This document shows positions 39,640-49,516 of a stretch of DNA of 64,000 nucleotides, piece by piece. Both the position numbers and the translations under genes were made by a program. Below the pieces are notes generated by a model. That model did not search any database, had not been told where the DNA came from, and saw nothing but the letters and a program-made list of their open reading frames with translations. Source of the stretch: an uncultured virus (IMG/VR IMGVR_UViG_2843834578_000006) (Duplodnaviria > Heunggongvirae > Uroviricota > Caudoviricetes); IMG/VR virus record IMGVR_UViG_2843834578_000006. The stretch is one strand, 5' to 3'. The number at the start of each line of letters is the position of its first letter. Position 1 is the stretch's first letter.

Positions 39640-40031
39640 TGCGACCGATTATCCGCTCGGTATTAGAGCAACATCTTGCCGAACTCAATCCGTTTAATAC
39701 GGTTTGGGAGGGCATCATCGACAGCCCGAAACTGCCGTATCAAACCGTATCAATGACGACTTCAACCAACGAAACCGCCACGATTGGTAATACGCCGAAA
39801 GCCAAACAGAGCGGTTTTTTGCAGGTCACGCTTTACTATCCGCTAGATCAGGGGACAAAGGCGATTGAGGAACGAGCCGATGAGATCTTCCGCCACTTTT
39901 TCGGGCAGGTCTGGATTGAGGAAAATGTGCAAATTCTGGTGCAACAGCCACCGCTTGTAGCCTCACTTTATCGACTGGATAACAGCATTGCCTTACCCAT
40001 CACCATCTATTTTACCGCTTATGAACTATAG
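39639..40031 (+). CDS. Tail terminator-like protein
   Basis: GFLQVTLYYP..G; synteny. Confidence 0.75.
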   Translation: MRPIIRSVLEQHLAELNPFNTVWEGIIDSPKLPYQTVSMTTSTNETATIGNTPKAKQSGFLQVTLYYPLDQGTKAIEERADEIFRHFFGQVWIEENVQILVQQPPLVASLYRLDNSIALPITIYFTAYEL

Positions 40032-40040
40032 GAGAACCCA

Positions 40041-41063
40041 ATGTCTATTCTAGGCAATTCACAAGGCACAAAACGTACGGTCGTTTTTGCCAAAGAGAGT
40101 TCTTTCGGCACGAAAGCTGCTCCGACAGGCGCAAAAATTATGCCTCGTGTTGAAACCTCACTCAATACCAATTTTGAAAGTTATCAATCGGAAGAGATCA
40201 GAGATGATTTACAACGCTCCGCCTCTGTGATCGGCTTTGAAAAGGTCGAAGGCGATATTAAAGGCGAACTAGCCGCCGGACAATGGGCGGCATTTTTTGC
40301 GGCTGCATTACGTGGTTCATTTACCGCTCAGGCGAAAAAGCCGATTATTACCAAAACCACAGACGGCACCGGCGAGAAAAACGGTAAAATTTTGATTGTG
40401 CCGAAAACCAGCCACACCTCCGACAGTTTCACGCTGGAAGATGTCTTCAAAGACATCAACGTCAGCCGCCAGTATTTGGGATGTCGTGTATCGAAACTCA
40501 GCCTTGATGTGCAACCAAACGGTATTGCCTCGATTACAGTCTCATTTTTAGGGCAACGAGGCGAAGAAAGTACAACAGCCTATTTTACCAATCCCACCGA
40601 TTTAACCCAATCCGGCAAGCTGGCAGGGGTAAAAGGCTCATTGCAGGTCAATAAACGCCCAGTCGGGTTAGTGACGGCCTTTAAACTGGACATTGATTTA
40701 GGGGCAAGCAGTGAGCCGGTATTAGGGGCAAAATACGCCCCTGATGTCTTTATCGGTACAGTGGCAGTGAGCGGATCGTTTACGATGTACTTCCAAGACA
40801 AGACGATGATTGATGCGGTGCGTAACGGCACAGATTTATCCCTTGCTTTGCGGATGGATGCCGAAGAGCGTACCAATACCGACTATTTAACCATTATCTT
40901 ACCGGGTGTCAAAGTGACCTCAAACGAGTTGGACGATGGGGCGAAAAACATTATGCAGACACTCAATTTTGACGCATTCCCTGCGGTATGGGATTCAGCA
41001 AGCCAAATCGACAACGTGCTAAAAGTCGCCACCACAATGATTGTGCAAGACAGCCTCGCTTAA
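40041..41063 (+). CDS. Major tail tube protein
   Basis: SEEIRDD..GDIKGEL..YLGCRV. Confidence 0.85.
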   Translation: MSILGNSQGTKRTVVFAKESSFGTKAAPTGAKIMPRVETSLNTNFESYQSEEIRDDLQRSASVIGFEKVEGDIKGELAAGQWAAFFAAALRGSFTAQAKKPIITKTTDGTGEKNGKILIVPKTSHTSDSFTLEDVFKDINVSRQYLGCRVSKLSLDVQPNGIASITVSFLGQRGEESTTAYFTNPTDLTQSGKLAGVKGSLQVNKRPVGLVTAFKLDIDLGASSEPVLGAKYAPDVFIGTVAVSGSFTMYFQDKTMIDAVRNGTDLSLALRMDAEERTNTDYLTIILPGVKVTSNELDDGAKNIMQTLNFDAFPAVWDSASQIDNVLKVATTMIVQDSLA

Positions 41064-41152
41064 TCGAAATTTTGCAAAAAAATAACCGTATCTAACCGCT
41101 TGCCCTCAAACAAGCGGTCTTTTTTATCCCCAATTTACAAAAGGAAACCCAA

Positions 41153-41554
41153 ATGAATTTAAACGCATTAAGTAAAGAAAAACAGTTAGCCGAACACCGT
41201 TTTGAGCTGGTTCACCCTGTTAGTGGCGAACCGCTCGGCGTGTTTATGAGCGTCGTGAGTGCTAAGAGTGATAAGGCTCAACGCTTTGCCGAAAAACAAT
41301 TACGCCAAGAACAGATGAGAGAGCTGGAAAATGCCAAATCCCGCAAGCCGAAATTCAAAGGCTTAGGCGATATGATTGCCGAAAGTCGTGCAATGGCGAT
41401 TGACCGCTTAACCGGCTGGGAGAATGTCGAATGGAACGAAAAACCGTTGGAGTTTTCCGACCAGAATGCGGAGCTACTTTTAACCGAATGTGATTGGATT
41501 GTGGAGCAAATCTTTGAGCATTCGAACGATCTGGGAAAGTTCTTGAAGAGCTAA
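41153..41554 (+). CDS. Tail assembly chaperone (G-like)
   Basis: After tube; ends with G-GGA-AAG slippery site at 41533-41539. Confidence 0.82.
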   Translation: MNLNALSKEKQLAEHRFELVHPVSGEPLGVFMSVVSAKSDKAQRFAEKQLRQEQMRELENAKSRKPKFKGLGDMIAESRAMAIDRLTGWENVEWNEKPLEFSDQNAELLLTECDWIVEQIFEHSNDLGKFLKS

Positions 41555-41895
41555 TTGATGATTTACAGGTGTATGCAGAGAAAACGTTTAAGTTGGATAA
41601 AAAACTTAAAGGCAGCGAAAGTACCTTGCGAGAGCATTTGCAGGCAATCGAAATGCAAACTGGCATTACACCAGAAGAATTGCATAACCCTGAACCCAGT
41701 CCAGCGGTGGCCTATCTGCTGGGCTGGTTCTTCGAGTTGGCAATGAGCCGACAATCGGGTATGAGCTTAAACCCAATTAGCTACACTGAAATTGATGCGT
41801 GGAGCAGGCTTTTTGCTCGTCATCTCGAACAATGGGAGATCAGCGTAATTAAGCAGCTTGATATGATTTACTTGAACGTACAACAAACGGAGTAG
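41533..41895 (+). CDS. Tail assembly chaperone T-like, -1 frameshift product
   Basis: -1 frame open from slippery site, in frame with ORF 41569..41895. Confidence 0.8.
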   Translation, partial: GKVLEELIDDLQVYAEKTFKLDKKLKGSESTLREHLQAIEMQTGITPEELHNPEPSPAVAYLLGWFFELAMSRQSGMSLNPISYTEIDAWSRLFARHLEQWEISVIKQLDMIYLNVQQTE

Positions 41896-41896
41896 T

Positions 41897-42220
41897 ATGG
41901 ATACTTTCAACTTTCAGCCCAATTGGGGGCTTAACGTACAGAGAAAGCCAGAAGTGATGAAAATCGCCTTTGGTGACGGTTACGAACAAGTCGCCCCTAA
42001 AGGGTTAAACCATAATCTCCGCACTTATTCCGCTGTTTTCACCGGCACAGAAGCACGGATTAAACAGATTGAGGCATTTTTTGAACGACAAGGCGGCTAT
42101 AAGGCTTTTCTTTGGACACCTTACGGCGGGAAAGAGGGGAAATTCCGCTGTGAAGAGTGGGAGGTAAGCATAAGCAGCGGGAAATGGACGCTGTCGGCGA
42201 CGATAAGAGAAGTGTTGTAG
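41897..42220 (+). CDS. Minor tail protein M (lambda gpM-like)
   Basis: FGDGYEQ..GLN..GGYKAFLWTP. Confidence 0.92.
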   Translation: MDTFNFQPNWGLNVQRKPEVMKIAFGDGYEQVAPKGLNHNLRTYSAVFTGTEARIKQIEAFFERQGGYKAFLWTPYGGKEGKFRCEEWEVSISSGKWTLSATIREVL

Positions 42221-42233
42221 TTTTTTCTGATTT

Positions 42234-42276
42234 TGTGAACTGGTTCACACTCTGTGGGTTGGATATAGGTTAGAAT
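42234..42276 (+). promoter_or_regulatory. CRP box and -10 element (class II-like promoter)
   Basis: TGTGA-ACTGGT-TCACA at 42234-42249; TAGAAT at 42271-42276. Confidence 0.72.
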
Positions 42277-42306
42277 TTAAGTCTAATTTGCTTAACGGAG
42301 TCTTTT

Positions 42307-42999
42307 ATGAAAAAAATTTTTGTTTCAGCCTTATTGCTCACTTGCTCGTTATCTGCACTTGGAAATTCCTCGTATGAGTTGATTATTGACTCAATGCAAG
42401 ATCTTGAAAAGCATAAACCCGAAATTCTATCTATACCAGAAGCGGATAGAAATACTTTTATTCGTTATATGATGCGAAAAGAACTGCGGATAAAGTTAAA
42501 TCAAGGCAGATTAGCGGATGGTCTAACTGTGAGAGAAGCTATTCAAAATCAACAGGCATTTGAAAAAGATAGAAATAGCAAAATGCAGCAGGAGAAGCAA
42601 AAAAAAGAAACAGAGAAAGCAGAAAAAGAAAAAGCTGTTACGGATTTTAACCAAAAATTTGAGCTATCCATTACAGGGGCGAGAAAGGCAAAAAATGCAC
42701 TAAATCAAGATATTTTGCTTGTTTCATTAAGTCTAAAAAATAACTCAGATAAGCCAATTATCGCTGTACAACCGGATATTCAATTTGTACTGGGTGAAGA
42801 TAAACAAACTATTTCATCCATGCGTCCAAAAAAATTTGAAAACGGCATTCCGCCTAATGGCTCAGAGATTTTTGAGTTTGGGTTTGATTTAGATGATATG
42901 TTTGCTTTGAAAGCAGAAAAAAATATAGAGAAATTGAGGGCAGTCTTCCAAACAGCAGAAGTTCTTTTTGCTGATGGAACAACTGAAAAACTTCAATAG
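42307..42999 (+). CDS. Secreted moron protein
   Basis: Signal peptide; AT-rich; own promoter; terminator at ~43021-43049. Confidence 0.75.
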   Translation: MKKIFVSALLLTCSLSALGNSSYELIIDSMQDLEKHKPEILSIPEADRNTFIRYMMRKELRIKLNQGRLADGLTVREAIQNQQAFEKDRNSKMQQEKQKKETEKAEKEKAVTDFNQKFELSITGARKAKNALNQDILLVSLSLKNNSDKPIIAVQPDIQFVLGEDKQTISSMRPKKFENGIPPNGSEIFEFGFDLDDMFALKAEKNIEKLRAVFQTAEVLFADGTTEKLQ

Positions 43000-43062
43000 T
43001 AATTGGTAAATCTTCATTGGCCGCTTGTAGAAATACAGGCGGTTTTTTTATTGGAGCAAGCT

Positions 43063-46000
43063 ATGGCAGATTTAGCAACACTGGCGATTAAAATCGAAAC
43101 AGAAGGCGCAAGCCGAGCAAGTGCAGATCTAAGTAAGGTCGAGCAATCTGCAAAGAACACAGAGAAAGCCGCAGATAATCTGACGCGCGCAATGGGAAAT
43201 TTGAAGCGGATTTTAGCGATTGCAGGGCTGGCTGGTGGGTTATCCGCTTACCTAGATATGGCTGAAAGAATGCAGTCGTTAAACGCACAGCTTAAATTTG
43301 TTACTAACTCTCAATACGAATTCAATAGCGCACAAAAAGAGCTTTTTGCGATTGCGCAGAATACGCGCGCTAGTTTGGAAAGCACCACGCAACTTTATAT
43401 TAAATCTTCTCAGGCACTGAAAGATTACGGCTACGCGCAAAAGGATATTCTCACATTTACCGAAACCATTAACAAAGCAATGGCAGTTGGCGGGGTTAAG
43501 CCACAAGAGCAAGCTAGTGCTTTACTCCAATTATCACAGGCATTAGGTTCAGGGAAACTGCAAGGAGATGAATTCCGTTCAATTTCAGAAGCTGCACCGA
43601 TTATTTTAGATACGCTTGCCGAGTATATGGGTAAAAGTCGCGATGAAGTAAGAAAACTCGCATCCGAGGGTAAGCTCACCGCAGACTTACTGTTCAATGC
43701 GTTTAACGGTTCAAGCGCTAAAATTACCGAAAAATTTAATCAAATGCCGCTAACATTTGGCGGTGCAATGCAGCAGTTGCAGAATGCCACATTGAAATTT
43801 ATCGGTGACCTAGATAGTGCAAATGGCTTGAGTGGAATGTTAGCTCAAGCCATTAGTTTTTTAGCACAGAATTTTGATGTGTTAGGCAAGGCTTTGATTT
43901 ATGCAACCGGTGCTTATATTGCGTTTAATGCAGTTGCCTTTGCTCAGAATTTTGCAAAAGCAACCGGTGGTGTCGGTTTATTAAGTAGTGCATTTGGTTA
44001 TTTGACTACGATGATCCGAGGTGCAACTGTTGCAATGATGGCTAATCCTATCGAGCTTTTAACAACTGCAATTATTGGGGCTGCTTTTGTATTTGATGCT
44101 TTTATCAGTGATATAGAGGTAGGTGCAGCAACCTTTGATGCGACTTGGGGAGATGTTGCGACAGCTGTGTGGGATGATTTTAAAGATTTAACTTCAGATG
44201 CGGCAGATTGGTTAGTCACTCAATGGGATAAAGCAACCGCCAGTGCAGCGAGTTCGTTCAGTTCCTTAGGTGTTGATATTGGCTCAGTATGGGAGACGGT
44301 GCAATCCATTACGAAAACATTGATCAATAGTATTATTGGTCTGTTTGTTGGAGCTTATCAAGCCATCGTGCTTGCTTGGAATAATTTTCCTGCCACAATG
44401 GAAAACTTGGGTGTGATGGCGGTAAATGCTCTTGTCGATTTGGTTCAAAAAGGCATCAATAGCATTATTCAGCTTATCAAATTACCGATTGAGCTTTTAA
44501 ACAGAGCCTCATCTACTTTTGGTGGAGGAAATCTGATTGATACATCAGGTTGGAAGGCAAGCTTAGATGATTTTAAACTAAAGGCAAGCCGCGAGGCAGA
44601 AGTTGTTGGTCAATCAATTAGCCAAGCATTTGCGGATAGTATCACCACAGATTACATAGGCAATGCAGTTAATTCAGTGAGTGACTATATTGATGGAGCG
44701 GCAGTTCGTGGGCGCTTAAAACGTCAATTAGATGAAACCGCCTCTGACGATCAAGGTACGCAGTCACCAGCTAAAAAAACATTAGCTGGAAATAATAACT
44801 CTGCTAGTGACTGGAAAAACTACCTCAATGAACTTGAACGAGCCAATGCCGATGGATTAGCCCGTATTGCACTTGAGCAAGATCGCTCAATGCGTGAAAT
44901 GTTGGAAAAGGCGAAGAAAGCCGGTGCAAGTCACGCTGAAATTGAAAAAGCCAAAATGCTGATTACAGAACGTTATGCTAAAGAGCGAATGGAAATTGCC
45001 GAGAAGTATGTGCCGAGTCTGAAGTTTGAGGAAGAACTCAAAGATCAGATTAAGGAAATTGATGAACTGCAAAAGTTAAACCTGATTACCACCGAGCAAG
45101 CAGGTCTTGCGAAAGAGGCGTTAGCAGGCAAATATCAGCCGGTAGTTGAAATCCAACAGCAATACATCAATCAACTGAGAGAGATTGAAGCATTAAAACA
45201 AGCCGGTGTATTAAGCAAACCTCAAGCAGAAGTAGCGGCCGAAAAAGCCAAATGGGACGCCGGCACACAAAAAGCCAAAATCGCAGGTAAAAACGCCGTT
45301 AGCCCTTATGAAAAATGGAAATCGGAATTTGACCCAATGCAGGCAATTCAAAATGAGCAAGCCTCAAAGTTGGCAGAAGTGCAATCGATGTACGATCAGC
45401 ATTTGATCCAATATGAGGATTTTATCAACGCTAAAGCACAAATTGATGCTAAGGCGACTGCTGATACTCATCAACTGTTTATGAACAGTATTAGTGGGTT
45501 TGGTTCGGCGATAGATACGATGTTAGGCGTGATGAAAAACGCAGGGCAAGAGCAATCAGGTATTTACCGCACGATGTTTGCGATGTCGAAAGCGTTTGCT
45601 ATTGCGGAATCAATTCTGAACTTGAATCGTGCAATTACTCAAGCAATGAGCGATCAAACAGCTATTACACCGGCTCAAAAATTTGCAAATATGGCGGCTA
45701 TTGCTAGTGCCGGGGCGAGCTTGATTTCTAATATCCAGTCAGTCTCATTAGGCGGTATGGCTCACAGCGGTATTGACAATGTGCCGAAAGAAGGCACTTG
45801 GTTGCTGGATAAAGGTGAGCGTGTAGTGGATAGTCGTACTAACCAAGACTTAAAAACCTTTTTATCCAATGCTAATCGTGGCGGTGCAAGTGGTCAAAGA
45901 TCGGCGATAAATGTCAAAATTATTAATAACGGGCAACCCGTAGAGGCGAAAGTCAGCAGTGAAGAGACTGTAGATGGCAATATCCAAATGACGGTGGAAC

Positions 46001-46089
46001 TGCTGAAGAAAATGGATCAAATCGCCGATCAACGCTACCGTAGAAATCAGTTAAATGATTTAAGAACAGGTGGAACATTATCTAAATAG
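43063..46089 (+). CDS. Tape measure protein
   Basis: MADLATLAIKI..QLSQALGSGKLQGDEFRS..GMAHSGID.VPKEGTWLL. Confidence 0.93.
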   Translation: MADLATLAIKIETEGASRASADLSKVEQSAKNTEKAADNLTRAMGNLKRILAIAGLAGGLSAYLDMAERMQSLNAQLKFVTNSQYEFNSAQKELFAIAQNTRASLESTTQLYIKSSQALKDYGYAQKDILTFTETINKAMAVGGVKPQEQASALLQLSQALGSGKLQGDEFRSISEAAPIILDTLAEYMGKSRDEVRKLASEGKLTADLLFNAFNGSSAKITEKFNQMPLTFGGAMQQLQNATLKFIGDLDSANGLSGMLAQAISFLAQNFDVLGKALIYATGAYIAFNAVAFAQNFAKATGGVGLLSSAFGYLTTMIRGATVAMMANPIELLTTAIIGAAFVFDAFISDIEVGAATFDATWGDVATAVWDDFKDLTSDAADWLVTQWDKATASAASSFSSLGVDIGSVWETVQSITKTLINSIIGLFVGAYQAIVLAWNNFPATMENLGVMAVNALVDLVQKGINSIIQLIKLPIELLNRASSTFGGGNLIDTSGWKASLDDFKLKASREAEVVGQSISQAFADSITTDYIGNAVNSVSDYIDGAAVRGRLKRQLDETASDDQGTQSPAKKTLAGNNNSASDWKNYLNELERANADGLARIALEQDRSMREMLEKAKKAGASHAEIEKAKMLITERYAKERMEIAEKYVPSLKFEEELKDQIKEIDELQKLNLITTEQAGLAKEALAGKYQPVVEIQQQYINQLREIEALKQAGVLSKPQAEVAAEKAKWDAGTQKAKIAGKNAVSPYEKWKSEFDPMQAIQNEQASKLAEVQSMYDQHLIQYEDFINAKAQIDAKATADTHQLFMNSISGFGSAIDTMLGVMKNAGQEQSGIYRTMFAMSKAFAIAESILNLNRAITQAMSDQTAITPAQKFANMAAIASAGASLISNIQSVSLGGMAHSGIDNVPKEGTWLLDKGERVVDSRTNQDLKTFLSNANRGGASGQRSAINVKIINNGQPVEAKVSSEETVDGNIQMTVELLKKMDQIADQRYRRNQLNDLRTGGTLSK

Positions 46090-46096
46090 GTGAAGT

Positions 46097-46813
46097 ATGC
46101 CAATTAGTATTTCTAACCAAATGAAACTAGATCTTGCCAAACTTGAGCAAAATGCAATGCTGGACTTGTACGAGGTTGATTTGCGCAATCTCAAAGATAA
46201 AAGTGGTAATGCTGGCAGAGTTTACCGCTTTTATTCTGGGCTAAATGAACTCAAAACAAGTATCGTCTGGCAAGGGCGGACTTACGATCCGTATCCTATT
46301 GAGGCAAGTGGATTTGAACGAAACAGTAGCGGCCCGAGCAATCGCCCGACTCTCACGCTATCAAATCTGTTTGGTTTAATTACCAGTATTGCGAATCAGT
46401 TTGACGAATGTATCGGTGCGATTGTCCGCCGGCATCAGGTTTATGCTCAATATTTAGATGCCGTGAATTTTGCCGGGGGTAATGCGAAAGCTGATCCAAA
46501 TCAGGAAATAATCAGTCATTTTGTGATTGAGCAGCTTACCAGCCTCACCCGAGAAACGGCGACCTTTACGCTGGCATTACCGATTGAAACCGATAATGCC
46601 AAGATCCCCAGCAGAATTATTATGGCGGACACCTGCACTTGGATTTACCGCTCGGCGGAATGTGGCTACACCGGCAAGCAGTATTTTGATGAAAAAGACA
46701 AATCAACCTCAGACCCAAAAGCAGATAAATGTAGTCATTGCCTTAATGGTTGTGAATTAAGAGGCAATCAACGCAATTTTGGCGGGTTTGTATCGGTAAA
46801 TAAATTGGGGTAA
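46097..46813 (+). CDS. Minor tail protein L (lambda gpL-like)
   Basis: WQG.TY.PYPI..CTWIYRSAECGY..DKC..C..GC..R. Confidence 0.94.
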   Translation: MPISISNQMKLDLAKLEQNAMLDLYEVDLRNLKDKSGNAGRVYRFYSGLNELKTSIVWQGRTYDPYPIEASGFERNSSGPSNRPTLTLSNLFGLITSIANQFDECIGAIVRRHQVYAQYLDAVNFAGGNAKADPNQEIISHFVIEQLTSLTRETATFTLALPIETDNAKIPSRIIMADTCTWIYRSAECGYTGKQYFDEKDKSTSDPKADKCSHCLNGCELRGNQRNFGGFVSVNKLG

Positions 46814-46827
46814 TGAATCTGAATTTG

Positions 46828-47745
46828 TTAGTTGAGCTGTAAAGTATGAAATACTTGCTTTGCTGCATCTTCTACTAATTTATTGTTGAATTTGGCTTCT
46901 TCGGTAAATTGCGTACTCATGATTGCCATCACAATCGGTTTGCGATTTGGTATGCGAACCACCGCAATATCATTGCGTACACCATATTTACCCGCCCCGC
47001 TTTTATCGTACACTTTCCACGATGTTGGCGTAGCAGCGCGAATCAATGGATTGCCTGTTGCGTTATTGTCCAACCAATTCCACAAAATCGTTTTTTGCGA
47101 TTCGGTTAATGTGTTGCCCAATAAATACGCATTTAAATTCATCGCCATTTGTTTGGGTGTACTCGTATCACGAATATCGTTGGGTTTGGCTTGATTTAAA
47201 TCGGGTTCTAGCCGATTGGTATGGGTTACGTTATCGCCTAATTGTCGCAAAATACGTTGATATTGTTCCACGCCACCCAATTCTTTGAGCAGCAAATTGG
47301 TCGCGCTGTTGTCGCTAAACCGCACGGCTGCTTCACATAATTGGGCAATCGTCATGCCTTTGCCAACGTATTTTTGGGTTTCGGGAGAATAACTAACCAA
47401 ATCTTTTTGGCTATATGAAATGGTACGATTTAAATCTTTTTCAGGCAGCGATTGCAACACCGCCCCAGCCAACAACGCCTTGAAAGTGGACGCATAAGCA
47501 AAGCGTTCATCTGCACGATAAGACAAAGAATGTCCCGTTTCTGTATCCCATACATAAACGCCAATTCGGGCTTGATACTGCTGTTCCAAATTCGCCAAAG
47601 TCTGTTGAAAGGTGGCTTGTGTGGCTGATTGTTGCACAGGCGCACTAGCAGGCTGCGGATTAGACGTTACCGAATGAACAGAATTGGGCGAACAAGCCGT
47701 TAATGTCAGCAATAATAATGTGCCGATTTTTAACTTATTTAACAT
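46828..47745 (-). CDS. blaROB: ROB-family class A beta-lactamase (ROB-1-like)
   Basis: STFK, SDN, EPDLN, KSG motifs; MLNKLKIGTLLLLTLTAC leader; 305 aa. Confidence 0.97.
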   Translation of the reverse strand: MLNKLKIGTLLLLTLTACSPNSVHSVTSNPQPASAPVQQSATQATFQQTLANLEQQYQARIGVYVWDTETGHSLSYRADERFAYASTFKALLAGAVLQSLPEKDLNRTISYSQKDLVSYSPETQKYVGKGMTIAQLCEAAVRFSDNSATNLLLKELGGVEQYQRILRQLGDNVTHTNRLEPDLNQAKPNDIRDTSTPKQMAMNLNAYLLGNTLTESQKTILWNWLDNNATGNPLIRAATPTSWKVYDKSGAGKYGVRNDIAVVRIPNRKPIVMAIMSTQFTEEAKFNNKLVEDAAKQVFHTLQLN

Positions 47746-48216
47746 AAATTATCCTTTGATTTTACTAAATAAATTTCTTTTCAGGCAGCCTGAAACGTAC
47801 ATTGCGCGGAAATTCGGATAATTTGTTTGTAGAACAAAAAAACAGATTTTGGCGAATTTAAGCGCAAAAGTCTAGCAATTTAGCCTTTAATCTCAATGCT
47901 TTCTACAATGAAATGCACTTTGATATTCTCAAGTAAGTTCGCCTCTAGGTATGCAATTTGCTTGTCTAAGTCTTGAAGCGGATAAATAACCCTTGCCCCA
48001 ATTCGTAGAGGTTTCACATAAATCACCCCCTTAGCACTATAAGGCTAAGCGACTAGGCTCACACTATGAACGGTAGTGCGAGCCGCCGCCATAGTGCGAA
48101 AGTGATTTTAACACATAACCGCCTAACAAGGCGGTTTTGTTTTATTCGGGACTGAAAAAGCCGTTGAAACTTGCTTTCAATGGCTTTTTTAGTCTAACAA
48201 CCGCAGGGCGTTAGCA

Positions 48217-48305
48217 GAAAGGTGCACGAATTTTCATAAAATTACACGGTAAGAAAGGTGTATGGATTTTCACAAAGGTGTACAGATTTTAATAAAATAC
48301 ACCTT
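48217..48305 (+). repeat. Three ~20-bp direct repeats in plasmid control region
   Basis: AAAGGTGcacgaATTTT, AAAGGTGtatggATTTT, AAAGGTGtacagATTTT. Confidence 0.6.
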
Positions 48306-48336
48306 AAAGCCTTTAATACCAATGCTTTAGAAAAGA

Positions 48337-49200
48337 AAAAGGGATCGAACTTTTGACATTCGATCCCTTTTCCTATAATCTGTATCAGTACGTTCTTTGC
48401 TATGATCCAGACGTGAACAATCTAATCATAGCAAAGGGTAGCTAGTAATGCAAGAGATTGCGAAGCGTCCCTACTACCAAAAAACCATTCAACGACGTAA
48501 ACAAGAAACGTAAACCTTAAATTAGACGGTCTTCAGCTCGGACTTCGGAAGAATAAACAGGCGTAGAAGTGATAACGTTCTTAATACGAAAATTAAGCTC
48601 TGTCTCCGTTTCGTGCTACGGTTAGAAAGGCGAAAGCCCCAAGAAATACAAGCACACCTGATAAGCGAGATTTAAGGATACAGCGGAATTGATTGTTTAA
48701 GTCTGCAATTCCCACCCTGATAAACGCCACAACGTTTTATTGTTGCCCCATTCACGCAACATTTGAGAACCGAATAGAAATCTTTTAGTAAAAAGCGTTC
48801 TTTTTGGGTCAGCGGTTAATGTGGACGGTTTAACGGTTTTTCCCCTGCGGGTCGTATTGAAAAGCCATTGAAAAGCTGATGGATAACTCTGCGAGTTACC
48901 CACGAGCTTTCCAACAGCTTTCCAACACTAAAAACCTACCGCCCACAATAACCACTTCCCTAATAATAAATTTTTTTATTTTTATATTGGTTCAAAGGCT
49001 CACGATGTTCGCCTAATAAAACGAAGTCGCCTATCGGCTCCGCTGATTTTTATATATCACTCTCGGGGCTTTTGGTGTACTATTGTCTTTTTTAATAGCA
49101 AGGACACAAAAAGGGTACTCTTCGAGTTTCCTTTTTGACCTTGCAAAAGGGCTTTGCCCCCTTGACCCCCGACCGCTTTCAGCGGTCAAAATAGAAGAAC
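48337..49200. other. Putative RNA-primed replication origin and oriT region
   Basis: No convincing ORF; hairpin AAAAGGGATCGAA..TTCGATCCCTTTT at 48338-48370; hairpin GACCGCT..AGCGGTC before mobC. Confidence 0.6.
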
Positions 49201-49210
49201 GGACACCATT

Positions 49211-49516
49211 ATGAAACGTGAGAAAGAGATAAAAATCAGGCTCACCGAAAACGAGTATCAAGCCTTGTTAGAGAGAAAAACGAAAGCAAGGCTTGCGGAG
49301 TGGGTTCGGGAAGTTGCCCTAGAACAGCAACCTAAGCGACAGCCGAAAGTAATCGACCCTGCGTTACTGTTCGAGCTGAACCGCATAGGCGTAAACCTGA
49401 ACCAAATCGCCCGACAATGCAACAGTCAAAAGCCGAGCATTGACCTTGTTAGCGTGTTGGCGACCTTGCGAGAAATTGAAAAAAATCTCAAAAAATTGCG
49501 AGAATTGAGCCTATGA
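49211..49516 (+). CDS. mobC: Mobilisation protein MobC
   Basis: RHH N-terminus; ELNRIGVNLNQIAR. Confidence 0.93.
   Translation: MKREKEIKIRLTENEYQALLERKTKARLAEWVREVALEQQPKRQPKVIDPALLFELNRIGVNLNQIARQCNSQKPSIDLVSVLATLREIEKNLKKLRELSL

Larger units (their letters stand above)
31895..46813 (+). mobile_element. Lambda-like siphophage head/tail module (second prophage)
   Basis: terminase-portal-MuF-scaffold-capsid-neck-tube-chaperones-M-TMP-L. Confidence 0.92.

Noticed and set aside
47737..47764. dif/pdif site at the blaROB start (TTATGTTAAAT)
   Set aside because: The XerD-like arm is the start of the coding sequence and there is no XerC-like arm 6 bp away
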